A stretch of 63,784 bases of DNA, filler included, from Reticulomyxa filosa (Eukaryota; Protista; Foraminifera), in NCBI GenBank assembly GCA_000512085.1. It is 25 parts of 25 records of this genome, joined end to end, with 100 filler letters (N's around TTAATTAATTAA, not from the genome) between each part and the next. Parts side by side here need not be neighbours in the genome. Positions count along the whole stretch, not along the records: positions 22,959 to 25,003 come from ASPP01021143.1; positions 25,104 to 26,454 come from ASPP01041083.1; positions 26,555 to 28,195 come from ASPP01050711.1; positions 28,296 to 30,035 come from ASPP01010449.1; positions 30,136 to 31,661 come from ASPP01025039.1; positions 31,762 to 33,764 come from ASPP01044916.1; positions 33,865 to 35,616 come from ASPP01019541.1; positions 35,717 to 37,596 come from ASPP01040849.1; 17 more parts are not named here. One strand, given 5' to 3'. The notes beneath the pieces are model-generated. The model did no database searches and was not told the DNA's origin. It saw nothing but the letters and a program-made list of their open reading frames with translations. Shown piece by piece: positions 24,230-36,500 of the stretch. Numbering within the stretch: the stretch's first letter is position 1; the number at the start of each line of letters is the position of its first letter. Made by a program: the position numbers and the translations under genes.

Positions 24230-24592
24230 TAGTTGCCTTTTTTTTTCCGATATATATCTTTTGAATTTATTTCAAAGAACTCACCGCTTTTTTTTTCCTC
24301 CCTTCCTTTCCCCTCCCCCCCCCCAAGGGTTTTCGACGTACAAAAAGAATTGCTTCTTCATTTGCATTTGCACAAATCGAACAAAAAATAGATCTTTAAA
24401 TTACTTTCCATTTTTTTTACCTGTCAGGTTTATTGCTACTACACACTGTGCAAGATCTGGAGATGTATTTGACGAAAGTCGGGTAAAATGTTTGTTTTGC
24501 CTTGCTTTTAAAAGTGTGTGAGGCTTTGCTGTATATTTGATTCCCCAGAGGGAAACATTTGTGAAGTAAAACAAGTAGATAGATATAAAACA
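24230..24592. promoter_or_regulatory. Putative bidirectional promoter between the divergent TSG101 and SNARE genes
   Basis: Head-to-head start codons about 360 bp apart, with a C-rich tract at ~24297-24325. Confidence 0.45.
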
Positions 24593-25003
24593 ATGGCTGC
24601 CTATGGCGATGATTACGATATGGATAATCAGTATTCTCAACGTCAAGGAGGAAAACAGAAAGGCCAAGGCCAAGCACTGACGAAGCAAGAGTTTCAGGAA
24701 AGAGAAGCGCAAAGCAAGCAACGGATGGGAGCGGCGTTGGATCGATCGTTGCAACTTACATCAGAAACGGAAAACATGGCAGTAGATACTCTAGACACTT
24801 TGCATTCCCAAGGAAAGCAGCTGGAGGTAAAACGGATTGTATACAAAGCGAAAACAATATTCTCGGAATCGATCAAAAAGGCTCAACACAAATCCAAAAA
24901 AAAATAAAAAAAATACACATACATGTAATACATAAACAATAAAAGAGAGTAGATCAAAACTTGCATGAGACAGAACAAACCTTGAAAGTGAGCGAACACA
25001 AAA
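24593..25003 (+). CDS. SNAP-25-like (Qb/Qbc) SNARE, N-terminal part; 3' partial
   Basis: LDRSLQLTSETENMAVDTLDTLHSQGKQLE|RVDQNLHETEQTLKVSE heptad SNARE motif with a zero-layer Q; intron ~24827-24944. Confidence 0.75.
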
Positions 25004-26554
25004 NNNNNNNNNNNNNNNNNNNNNNNNNNNNNNNNNNNNNNNNNNNNTTAATTAATTAANNNNNNNNNNNNNNNNNNNNNNNNNNNNNNNNNNNNNNNNN
25101 NNNGTTTGTAAAGAGTTTTAAAATGATTACACTCAAAGAAGGATGAGGAAAAGTGGCTTCACGAAAAGGATAGTAAAAAAGTTGAAGCAGCATTATCATA
25201 ATCTGAAAATTTTATTTTTTTTTTTATTATTGGTTAACAAAATAAAAATAAAACATAAAGAATTAGATTATAGTACTAAACAGCAAATTACCTTTTTTTT
25301 GAAATCCAAATCAATGAGATTATTTTGAGTTTTACCTTTTTTATAAGTGTACAAAGTGATACGTCCAATCGAAACATTGACTACTTTGCTATACATATAT
25401 TATTAAAATTATTGCTATTCTTTTTTTCTAAGTCAAAAATTTATATTTAATAATATTGACTGTCTTTATGTTAGTGAATTTTCAAAGGATATATTATATA
25501 TTTTTTCACAGCCGTATTTTAATACATTTACTCAACAATGCCTGATCAACTGCATTTCCTTTTGTAGTTGATCAAACTGTCAAAAATTCATTATTGATAT
25601 GTTTGTACTGCTATTCACGTTATTGAAATAAAAATTAACTAATTGTGGGTAATTTGAACGCTGAAAAATATCAATTTTAAATATCTTAGGTCATATATAA
25701 ATAATTCAATATTATAGAATGTTGAATATATACATCAATTAGTACATAATATATATCATTATCATTCTTTTACATACACACAAATAACGACAATCAATAT
25801 ACAGTATAGTAAAGTTGATACATCAAACGGCACCTTACAGAGATGATTTTCTTCATAAAAAAACAACACTTAGACCTAATTTCTTTTATTTTAAAAATAT
25901 CTACGAATTTGGTAGTTTTTAAATATCATTTTAAATTTAGTTTTTTATTACATATTTTCTAATTGTTTAAAAAATTGAACATTTATTGATTTTTGAAATT
26001 TTTTGAGAAAAGTTGACAATCGATGCCTGTATCATAACCATGAAGTTTGCCAAATTTTTTAAGCATTTTCAGAAAGTGTTCAATGCGTAATCCTTTTCAA
26101 AAAAAATAAAAATTAATTAAAAAACACAAATATCAAATTATACTAAGCTAAAAAAAAGGCGAAATAATGCATTTTTTGATAGTTACAGTTGATCCAACAT
26201 CATATTTTCTCTTCTTAGTGTGTTTTAATTGATAAAAATTACCAATATTCTTACTTTTTTGATGCGTTATTTATAATGACTCAGAGATCAACTTAACTCA
26301 TTTCAAGTAGGTTTATTGGTCAAATGAACTGTCCTCACTTTGTTGTCTGCCTTTTTCTTATATCTGTCCTTTGAAAAAAATTCAATATTTCAAGTTTTTA
26401 ATAATATCCCACGTTTTTCGCAATAGAAAAGATATATATCATGAACTACTACAANNNNNNNNNNNNNNNNNNNNNNNNNNNNNNNNNNNNNNNNNNNNTT
26501 AATTAATTAANNNNNNNNNNNNNNNNNNNNNNNNNNNNNNNNNNNNNNNNNNNN

Positions 26555-27041
26555 TAAAACCATTCGAATGTGGGATATTGAAACAACCAAACAATTAATT
26601 GTATTTAAAGGACATGAAAGTGGAGTGAGGAGTGTAAAATATGGATCAAATGAATTGAGAAATATTGGTGCAAATACAATCTTATCTGGGTCATATGATA
26701 ATAGTATTCGATTGTGGGATGTTCGATCGGGTAAACAAATTCAATTGTTCAATGGGCATAGAAGCGCTGTATGGGATGTTGAATATTCACTATTTGTAAT
26801 AAAGAATAGTGATGAAGTTGTTGGTGGTAATTCAAATGTGATATGCTCTGGATCAAGTGATAATACAATTCGATTTTGGGATATTCGATCAAATAAGGAA
26901 TTATATATAATCAATGTAGGTAATAAAAATGGAGGAATATACTGTCTTAGATTTTTACAAGCAAAAGAAAAAGGAAAGAAAACCAACAGTATTAATCTAT
27001 GTTATGGCTCTGACAAAGGAAATATTTATGTTTGGGGATAG
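26555..27041 (+). CDS. WD40-repeat protein, C-terminal part
   Basis: Repeated GH...SGSxDxxIRLWD units and a terminal LCYGSDKGNIYVWG. Confidence 0.93.
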
Positions 27042-28295
27042 TTTCATTTTTAACACAAATATTTTTGCCATATGCAATGAAAATAACATATTTCTTTCAT
27101 TTCAATCAAATTACATTTGACATATTTTGTAGAAAAGAAAAAAAATTATCCTTTTTAAAAACTTTATCATGCAAACACAATTTTTTCCTTGATATTTTTT
27201 AAAATAAATTACATAAAGACAATACATTGATCAAAGTGTTATCTTTTTGTTTATTTATTGTTTTCTTTGGTAAGTTGAGGGCGCAATAAATTTATTAGTA
27301 TTTTCTTAACTCTACATCTTGATAGTATTTTCTAAAAATCTTATTTCATACAAAGATTTTTCAATGAAGGAATGTGATATTATCACATTCGTTATGTTAT
27401 TATTATTTGTTTATTTAAATGAAACTGTTTTTGATTTGAAACTTTGCCCAAAAGAGAAAATACTTTTGTACTTTCTCATTGCTTGATATTACTTATTACA
27501 AATTAATTCAATTACAAGCAAAGTAGATAATGCAAAAAAAATTGTCTTCAGTAATTTTATGAATTGTTGAATAATGTAAAACTTTTTTATTACTTGACTA
27601 CGTTTCCAATCAAAAAATATATGTTCAAAAATAGTCCACCATTATTCAAAGTCTTTTTTTGCTTTAATTTTTACACCAAAACAAAAAGTTGTTTGTGTCA
27701 AACAAAAGAATAAATCAAACAACATTCCAAACTTTAAATGAACGAATTGAAAATAGAAATCGACAAAATTTTGTCAATATTTTTCATCTCACAAAAATGA
27801 TTGTAAATTCAAAATAAAACTTCATCCCCAAACATTATTTAGACCATCGATTGAATCATAATAAACTGACACCGTGATTGATAAAAAACAAAAACAAAAA
27901 CATAGTATAATTAACGATGAGTTTGTCAAAGTCATGGATCCACACTAATTTAATCTTTGGTGTTTGCAATTAATGTCGAATAATTAATTGGCTCTCTTTC
28001 TTTTGACTTACCAAAACTGGTTGCGTTCTTTATTTCTTTCTTTGTTGAACTAGTTTTAGACGATGTAAGCTGTGGGGTGTCTATTGTAGAGAGCTACATT
28101 AAATGTAATACGAAAAGATTTTACTCGATTGAGAGTGGCTTTCAGTAAAACAAAGTAAACTAAATAACCAAAATAAATAACTCAGTAAGTAAAAANNNNN
28201 NNNNNNNNNNNNNNNNNNNNNNNNNNNNNNNNNNNNNNNTTAATTAATTAANNNNNNNNNNNNNNNNNNNNNNNNNNNNNNNNNNNNNNNNNNNN

Positions 28296-29458
28296 GCCTT
28301 GGCCATTGGAGATGAAATGATTCCTCTTCACAACGATGATGATGACTCTTGTTCATTAAAGAGTGTATTCATCTCGAATATCGACGTTCAGTTCATACAT
28401 TCGAATCAGACTCCATTGTTGCCGAAAGTGTTTGCAGTATACGTCGCTTCGTCGAATGAAAACATGTTTGCAAATGGAGTGCTGGTGCACAACGGAAGTC
28501 CAACATCGAGCACAAATACAAACGCGAGGATGAACGTGGAATCTGTTATTATCAAAGTCAAGACCATAGAGTTCCCCCTTTGTCCCTTATGTCAATTTGA
28601 TGAAGCCATGGACTATTCACGCATTGCTAGAGGAGAGTACGCCTGTTCTCTTTGTAGTCGAGCTAGAGGTGCCGAATCTATGGTGTACCAATGGTAAAAA
28701 AAAAAAATAAATAAATAAGATTTTTTTTGATCCTCTCAACAACAACAAAAAATTCCTTTGCAAAAAAAAAAAAACAAAACAAAACGAAAACTATCAAACA
28801 GTTCGAAAAGCTCAGGCCACACACTATGTGAATTATGTGGGAAAGAAGCACTGAGATTTGAAGAAATGAACGGTTTCAGTGTGCCTTTGATACGTGATAA
28901 GCGCTACCCTGTTCGTGTCACCTTGCAATATTACAAGGCTACGAGCAATGGTGTTATGACTGATCAAGTCATGGCAGAAATCAAAGCTCAAATTGACAAT
29001 TCGCAAAAGCAAGCAGATTTTATTGGCTCTTTGGTCACTGATGGTCTGACTCAAAGACCTACTGATTGGGTGGCCAAACATGTTCAAAAAATTGCATCAA
29101 GTTTATTCTTTTTTTTTTTTAAAAAAAAAAATTTGATGAAACAAATTGAATTAGAATTTTTAAGGAAAAAAAAAATGTGTATACGTGTACACAAGGCAGT
29201 GACAACGACAAGCATGTGAAACAAGCATTGGCTAATTTAGGATTGTTTGACACTTATTATGAAAATTTTAAATCCAATGCCGTTGATGACAAAGCACTGT
29301 TGGCTTTGACCGACAGTGATTTAAACATATTGTTGCCAAAGATTGGGGATCGTGCCAAATTTCGGCAATGGCTGGATGAATACAAAACAATGTGCAAGCT
29401 CTTTGATGAAGAAGAGCCTGACACCGATTTTGGAGTGAATGATAATATCTTCTTTTGA
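28296..29458 (+). CDS. Hint-domain + zinc finger + uncharacterised conserved domain + SAM protein (3 exons, 5' partial)
   Basis: LAIGD...VFAVYV..NENMFANGVLVHN (Hint blocks E/F/G, ending 28493). Introns 28694-28801 and 29101-29195 keep the frame. C-terminal SAM: LANLGLFDTYYENFKSNAVDDKALLALTDSDLNILLPKIGDRAKF. Confidence 0.82.
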
Positions 29459-30135
29459 TTGCTTTTTTTTTTTTTTACTGGTATAATCACTTTTGATCAA
29501 AAGGCGGAATTTAATTGCACCATTTTTCAAAAAAAAGTAGCTACTTCACACTTGAAATCATGACCATATTAATGCACAAATGGATGCTCACATGAATTTT
29601 TAGTCACAAAACTCTCTTTTCAGAAATATTTTTTCATACTGCTTTTTTTTAAGCAAAATACTTTTTAAAAATACATACAATGAAAAGTGTATGATTTGAT
29701 TTTTTTTTATCATAAGATTACAATATTGGTTGATCCATATTTTGATAATCTCTTGAAAAAAATTGAAATCAATACTTATAAATAAAATTAATAACGCAAC
29801 CAAAAATTTTTTATAAAGTGATCTCATTGCTGTATATATGCAGCAACACCATGAATAGATATAGAGTCATAATAGACTCAAGATTATGTCAAATTTTTTT
29901 TTTTTTCATCATTACTATCTTTATCCACCTTTCCACTGTTTCAAACAGATAAAAGAAAAAAAAAATATCTATGTTTTTTCTTTTCTTTAAAAAAAACAAA
30001 CATAGAGCCAAACATTGATAAAAAAAAAAAAATAGNNNNNNNNNNNNNNNNNNNNNNNNNNNNNNNNNNNNNNNNNNNNTTAATTAATTAANNNNNNNNN
30101 NNNNNNNNNNNNNNNNNNNNNNNNNNNNNNNNNNN

Positions 30136-30310
30136 CCAATACATAAATGACTCCAATAACATGAATAACACAAATGCTTGGAATAACACCAATTGCATGA
30201 ATGACACCAATGATATAAATAACACCAATGACATGAATAACACCAATGATAGTAATTATACAAATGCCAAAAATATCACCAATAACAGTAATACAACTAA
30301 TGACATGAAT
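30136..30310 (+). repeat. Degenerate 18-bp tandem repeat encoding (NNTNDM)-like Asn-rich units
   Basis: Repeated AATGACATGAATAACACC-like units; the frame stays open. Confidence 0.85.
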
Positions 30311-30319
30311 GAGCCAGTA

Positions 30320-30506
30320 ACAATAATTCTGGTGCCGGTGCCAAAATTATTAATTCTGGCGTCGGAGCCTGGAGCCAGGGACAATAATTCTGGTACCGGT
30401 GCCAATTTTGGCGTCGGAGCCTGGAGCCAGGTACAATAATTCTGGTGCCGGTGCCAGAATTAATAATTTTGGCGTCAGATGCTGGTGCAATAATTCTGGT
30501 GCCGGT
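30320..30506. repeat. GC-richer minisatellite (units of 61, 52 and 54 nt plus a partial unit) built from an AATT(C/T)TGG-containing core
   Basis: Units start at 30320, 30381, 30433 and ~30487; internal inverted repeat TAATTCTGG...CCAGAATTA in unit 3. Confidence 0.85.
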
Positions 30507-30916
30507 TTTTGCCCTCCATCCTCCCCTCCGCTTATTGGGAGTCACCTTCTTTTTTTTTTGGATAATACCTATTCTTTTTTTTGTCTTGTATTCATTCATT
30601 ATATTTCACATCAATATAGAATATAATTATTTGTATTTTTTTTTTTACAACAATATATATATATATGTAAAATAGATTAATTATTTTTTCTGCATAATTC
30701 TTAATTCTTAGCACCAACTTTTTCTTTCTTTGGTTTTTCGTCTTTTCCATCTTTTTTCTTTCGATGTTTTCGTTTGTGCTTTGGTCTTTGTAATTGGCTG
30801 TGTTCTTTGACAACTCATTCTTTTTCTTCTTTTAATAAATCAATTATATATTGATGACAATCATGTGCATCATTTTTTTTATTATCATCATCGATAGTAT
30901 ATGGATAATTGTTTGC

Positions 30917-31560
30917 CTATAATGAAATAAATGTTTCGAGTGCTTGCAACATTGTTGTATCTTCTTCCAATTCTTGTTTTCTTAATTCTTTTAATAATGA
31001 TATAACATCAGCACAATTTGCAGTATATTTCTTAAAATACTCGAATAAAATAACATAAATAGCTTGCCCTTTCATTTTTGTTGGATTGAATTTACAAAGT
31101 TGATCATCTATAAACTTAGCTAATTTTAATGATATATCATTAATCTTTGTTAATATTTCATCACTTGCTTGTTTTAACTCTTCTTCCATTTGATTAACAG
31201 TATATCCTTCTAATATTGTGAAATTTTTTAATGTTGCTTGCATTTCAATATATACATCATGTTTTGGAACATATAATTTAATATTATAAAATCGATGATG
31301 TGTCTTTGATTATCTTTAGATCAATCAAATTGAATTGCTATGCCTTCTTCATCACTGCAACTGTAAAATTGTAAATCATCCAATATCAAATGCTTGATTA
31401 AAATCACCACCATAATATGCTTAAATCTTTTACAATAGTCTTTCATTCCTTTCAAACTAGGTGGCTTCACAACTGTAATTTCATATTTCTGTAATTCTGT
31501 TACCAAATTGTATGTTCACAAATCTTCAATATTCTTTGCATATTGTCTAATTTTATTTGA
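30917..31560 (-). pseudogene. Interrupted coding remnant of unknown family
   Basis: Two protein-like ORFs (31321-31506 and 30917-31243) separated by stops or frameshifts with no clear intron. Confidence 0.4.
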
Positions 31561-31799
31561 TTTAATTCACAAGAAAATCCAGATTTAATTGGATATGAAC
31601 ATTGATAATTGTTGTCATTCACATATATATTGAATTACCACTTGCACAAATAAAATGTTCANNNNNNNNNNNNNNNNNNNNNNNNNNNNNNNNNNNNNNN
31701 NNNNNTTAATTAATTAANNNNNNNNNNNNNNNNNNNNNNNNNNNNNNNNNNNNNNNNNNNNCTATTCTTCTTGTTTGTTGATGACATTCGCACAAATCA

Positions 31800-33520
31800 T
31801 CCACCAAATTAAATCACGACATTGAAAGAGTAAATAGTGACTTCCTTCGGCTGCCATGTGCAATTATTTCATATACAACATCCACGTTCTTTCCACTTCT
31901 CCAGCCAATCCAGAGTCTCGCTGCCTCCGTTGTGATACCGTAGAATGTGATAGTATTGCGCAAAATGGGAAAAGATATCGACGTCTTTTTTTTTTTCTCA
32001 TTGGCAGGTTTGCTTTCGTTTCCGGCAGCACCAAGATGCATATTGTCACGTGATTGCGCTTTGAAGATTTTGTTCGACTTTTCAAGTGCAATCACGTAAT
32101 GCGAAGTTCATCCGCTCTTGTCACCATTGCGAATGAAGGGACCACACTTTCGACGCACGTTACTGGATGCTGAGAGTTTTCAATAATGACCATTATCCAA
32201 GTCAATTCGACAACTTTTGGATTGGCGGTTCAATGATAGTAGTTGTCATTATTGGACGTGTTCATTGTTATCCTTTCTTGTGTGTTATCATTCAACGTGC
32301 CAAATGTTCCTACGCGGTTTACAGTCCAAACCACATCGACCCGATCCAATTATAAACGCTCGCACTTCCAACAGCCATAAACGATCTCGGAGACAGTCCA
32401 GCAAAGATTTTCGATAAATGCAAAAGGCAAGCAACTTTTGCAGCAATGAACAAACTCTTCATATCTTTCTCGCGAGCCCGTCTATCAGCATACAATCATT
32501 CAAAACCCAAAGTTGCGCATGTGCGCACGCATACAATCAGCTTTGTCTATTGTTTTGCATCATAAGGTTATAGCGCAGTTTCTATAACAATCCAGTTTTC
32601 CTTGTTCGTTGACGCTATACATCGCATTTCGACACTTTCGCTGGTGCTTTGCCACGCCAAAGATTATCCTGTATATACTTGTGTGTGCCTACGCTGATGG
32701 CAAACAAGTTTTCTAAATATTTGAGCTGCAATTGCATTGACATTGTAATAATCTTCCATTGGGCTATATAGGAAGTAAGTCCATATCAGGAAACGCGCAA
32801 AATCGCCATTTGCGAACATGAATAGCCATTTCATAACGATAATCATGAAAGCAGGCAGACTAGTTGTTTTTATATATATATATATATAAATAACGCAGTA
32901 TGGCGAGGATGATGAAGATAAGACATAGTATTTATTTACCTTCTTCTTTTTGCTGGCCTTGAGTTTCTCACAGCTCCTTCAACAATTGGGCAATCACCCC
33001 CAATGCAGTGGTCCCTCTATCGCAATGTGCTATCTCCAAAACAACGCCCACGATCTTTTGACACTTCTTCACCCAATCAAGCCGCTGCCGCTGTCACAAC
33101 ACCATAATATCACTATCATTTCCACTTTTCGCGATTTCTTTTTTTCTTGGCGAGCTTGCTGTTGAGTTTACGGCACTAAGATTTCGATTGTCTGCGATTG
33201 AGCTGAAGAATCTTGTAAAATTGTCCCAATGCTTTGTCCTCCAATCGCGAAGTCATACCATCGGCGCAATCATTATTTAAAACCAAGTGCGCATACCCGC
33301 ACGTACACTTTTATAGGATCGATCAGTCTCCTATAATCCATTGTTCGGCGTTCATAAGTTGTTGCCAATTCCTACAACGACTGAATTTTCATTATTCGTC
33401 GTCGATATCTTTGGTACTCCACACTCCAATAATCATCCACATCGACTTGTTCGCCATTAATGTAGGCACACACAAGTCTTCAAATACTTCGATTTGCCAC
33501 CATCCATTCTTTTTCTCTTA
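31800..33520 (+). pseudogene. Two tandem decayed copies (A1 ~31800-32870, A2 ~32980-33520) of a ~1-kb module
   Basis: Collinear DNA similarity to each other and to 56300-58500; all frames are interrupted; peptide remnants FDNFWIGG and LVCAYADGKQV. Confidence 0.7.
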
Positions 33521-36500
33521 CTTGCAGGCCTTTGAGTTTCGCCACAAACGTTTCAGCTGCTGTTGTTGTTCTTGTCATTGTCCTTGTTTTCGTTGTCTTC
33601 GTCGTTGTCGCTGTCCTTGTTCTTCTTCTTCTTATTTTTTCTTCTTCTTATCATTTTTTCTTCTTTTTTCATTTTCAAACTCTTTTTCCCTTTTTTTTTT
33701 CTCTTTCTTTTTTTTATATCTTTAATCTTTTTTTCTTTTTTTCAAATTGTCATTTTTTTTTTTTNNNNNNNNNNNNNNNNNNNNNNNNNNNNNNNNNNNN
33801 NNNNNNNNTTAATTAATTAANNNNNNNNNNNNNNNNNNNNNNNNNNNNNNNNNNNNNNNNNNNNTTGGGGCAAGACATGATTAATGATGATAATAAAAAA
33901 AAACTTAACATTTTTTTATCAATAAAGGGACTTGCTAAAACTATTTTGATGATATGTAATTGTTTTGAAAGCAGATTGTTGAGTTTTTCATTGAACATTT
34001 TTGTGTTATTTTGATGTAATTTTCTCATTATTATTTATGTGTATTTTTTTTCATAAATTATCAAATCATTAACAAAATAATTTTATTTTTGTTAAGAACT
34101 TACATAACATCGCTTAAGATTGATGATTAAACTAATTTTTTTGCACATTTTCACCTATTTTCATTTTTTTTCAAGTGAACGAAAACAAACTCATTTAATC
34201 CAAAAGTTATCAAACACAACAATATTAACTAATTTTGTTAATTTGTTGACTTTGCATTATCATTTACATTTTTCAATGAAAATAATGTTGCTAATAAACT
34301 TTTTAGATTATTCTTGTTTTTAATTAAATTGCAATGAAATGTTATTTTTTTCTCGTACATGAATAAGTTTACAATGAAACAGAACTAAATATTATTTTGA
34401 TGTGAGATTTTGAATAAAGGTTTCAAAAAAACAAGTTTTAAGTATTTCAATCAAATCTATTGTTTTCAGAAGGTACTATTTTGACCATAACTTGTCTTTG
34501 AGTATCTCGAACAAACTTTTTGATTTCGTCAGGGCGTCATATAAAACTGGGAGCCTAGCAAATGACAGAAGCATCGTGTAAAAGAGGTAGATTTTGATTG
34601 CCCTCATCAAATGTATGCACTAGACAAAACGAGTGCATGGATTCAAGTTAGGTAATGGAATAATTATTGATCAAATCAAACAGCTATTATCAATATAGTT
34701 GATCAATGCACGAAAGATGAGGAAAGATTGCTTATTTGCTGATTTTGGTATTTTTCAATCCATGGCATTATATATATATATTTTTTTTTCTTTGAAAATA
34801 ATACAATATTGTAAACTCCTTAATTAACACATTCGCTCCAATAATAAGATGCATTGGCTCAAATTTGTTGTTTTGGTATGTAAAAGCCTTTATTTTTCAT
34901 TTTCCACTTGCAATTCCACTTGTCAAAGTTCTGAAAGCACATTACTCAAACATTGACCTTCCATGGCAGAAAGAATTTTTTTTTACACCCCTTTAAAAAA
35001 TATCTTGTGCAATTTTCGAATGTTCCTTGCTTATAATAAACAAATAAATTAAACAATGAATGAAATTATTATAATCTTGGACTATTAATTATGATGAAGA
35101 GAAAAGCGCACTATCCAGATGAAATGTAACGAAAAAAAACAAAATAAAGATGTTTAATAAAGTAGTTTTTATTTTTAAGTTTCAAGTAAATATGTTTTGA
35201 ATCAAAAGTAACACAATTTTTTTTTGGATGTTCGATAAAATAAGCAGGAGTAATATATGATAAAAGGAAATACGAAAGAAGATGATGGAATACTATGTTT
35301 AAATTTTTACCTTAAGTAATTTGATTTTAGTTTGTGCAATTTTCTCAACAAGAAAAATGTTTATTCAATTCATGCTTGTAAATAAAAAAAATGTTTGTCA
35401 AATGTTATTTTTTCCATTGAAAAACACAATAATCTCTATAAGGTGATATTTTATATGTACTGTAAAAAAGATAATGAAAGTTTGAATAATATTGCTAACG
35501 AAAGAATTATGTTTCAAGCAAACCATTTACTTATTTGTAAAAAAGAAAAGAAACAAAAGCTTTACACTGATTTTCTTTGTGTTAATTAAGGTTTTGTCCA
35601 TAAATACATTAGAATGNNNNNNNNNNNNNNNNNNNNNNNNNNNNNNNNNNNNNNNNNNNNTTAATTAATTAANNNNNNNNNNNNNNNNNNNNNNNNNNNN
35701 NNNNNNNNNNNNNNNNTTTTATAGTTTGCCAGCTTCGTCTTGATGTACATTTTTTTTTTTGATGCAGTTGCGGGAGAAGAAAGAAGAAAAAAAAAAGATA
35801 GTGAAAGGGACCTTTTGGTTTGAAGTTTTTTTTTCCACTGACAGGAATTTTAAAAACTTGGCATGTCCAAAATTCCACTCTAGAAAGACTTTTTTTTTAC
35901 AAATACTTTTGTACAAGGTCAGGCGAACACTAAAAAAAAAAGCGTCGTTACAAAGTACTTGTTTTGTGTGCTAAGCTGTAATAATAAAATTCGATTAATT
36001 TTTTGAACGTTCGAACTGGATTCATGAAAAGTATATTAGTGACTTGGAAAAGTGAATAATATAATAGTATGGAAGAATTGTCGAAAAAGATTTGACGTGT
36101 AATACTTTTTAAATTATATTGAAGTGAATTTCAATTAACGAAGATATATTGAACTTTGGAAATATGATCGACTCTGAGTTAGAGTGCGAGATTTGGAGCC
36201 AACACAATTTATTGTAATTAATGTTTTGTTAATGCATAAATATATTCTTTATGATTTCATACATATTGCATGTTACTGTTTATCTCATATTGTACAATTG
36301 AAATGGAATAGCATATGGCATGTATTCAAATGTATGTACATTTATAAATACCGTAAAAAACTAAAGAATGACAATATTATTGTGATCTTCATTAAATATC
36401 ATTATTTCACTTTTATTTTGCACATCCAAACAAAGGATATACAAACATGAATCCAACGATATAATATACTGAAAAAAAAGGAAATGTTGTAATGTTGAGA

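Noticed and set aside
25104-26454. AT-rich contigs without convincing ORFs (also 33865-35616 and 59921-61184) as possible MITEs or regulatory elements
   Set aside because: I could not see terminal inverted repeats, target-site duplications or recognisable motifs by eye.
28488-28499. Canonical splicing intein
   Set aside because: The residue after His-Asn is Gly, not Cys/Ser/Thr, and the N-terminal blocks lie off the contig; reported only as Hint-like.
30320-30506. Possible CRISPR array (palindromic repeats)
   Set aside because: The intervening sequences are near-copies of each other rather than unique spacers; there are no cas genes and the context is eukaryotic.
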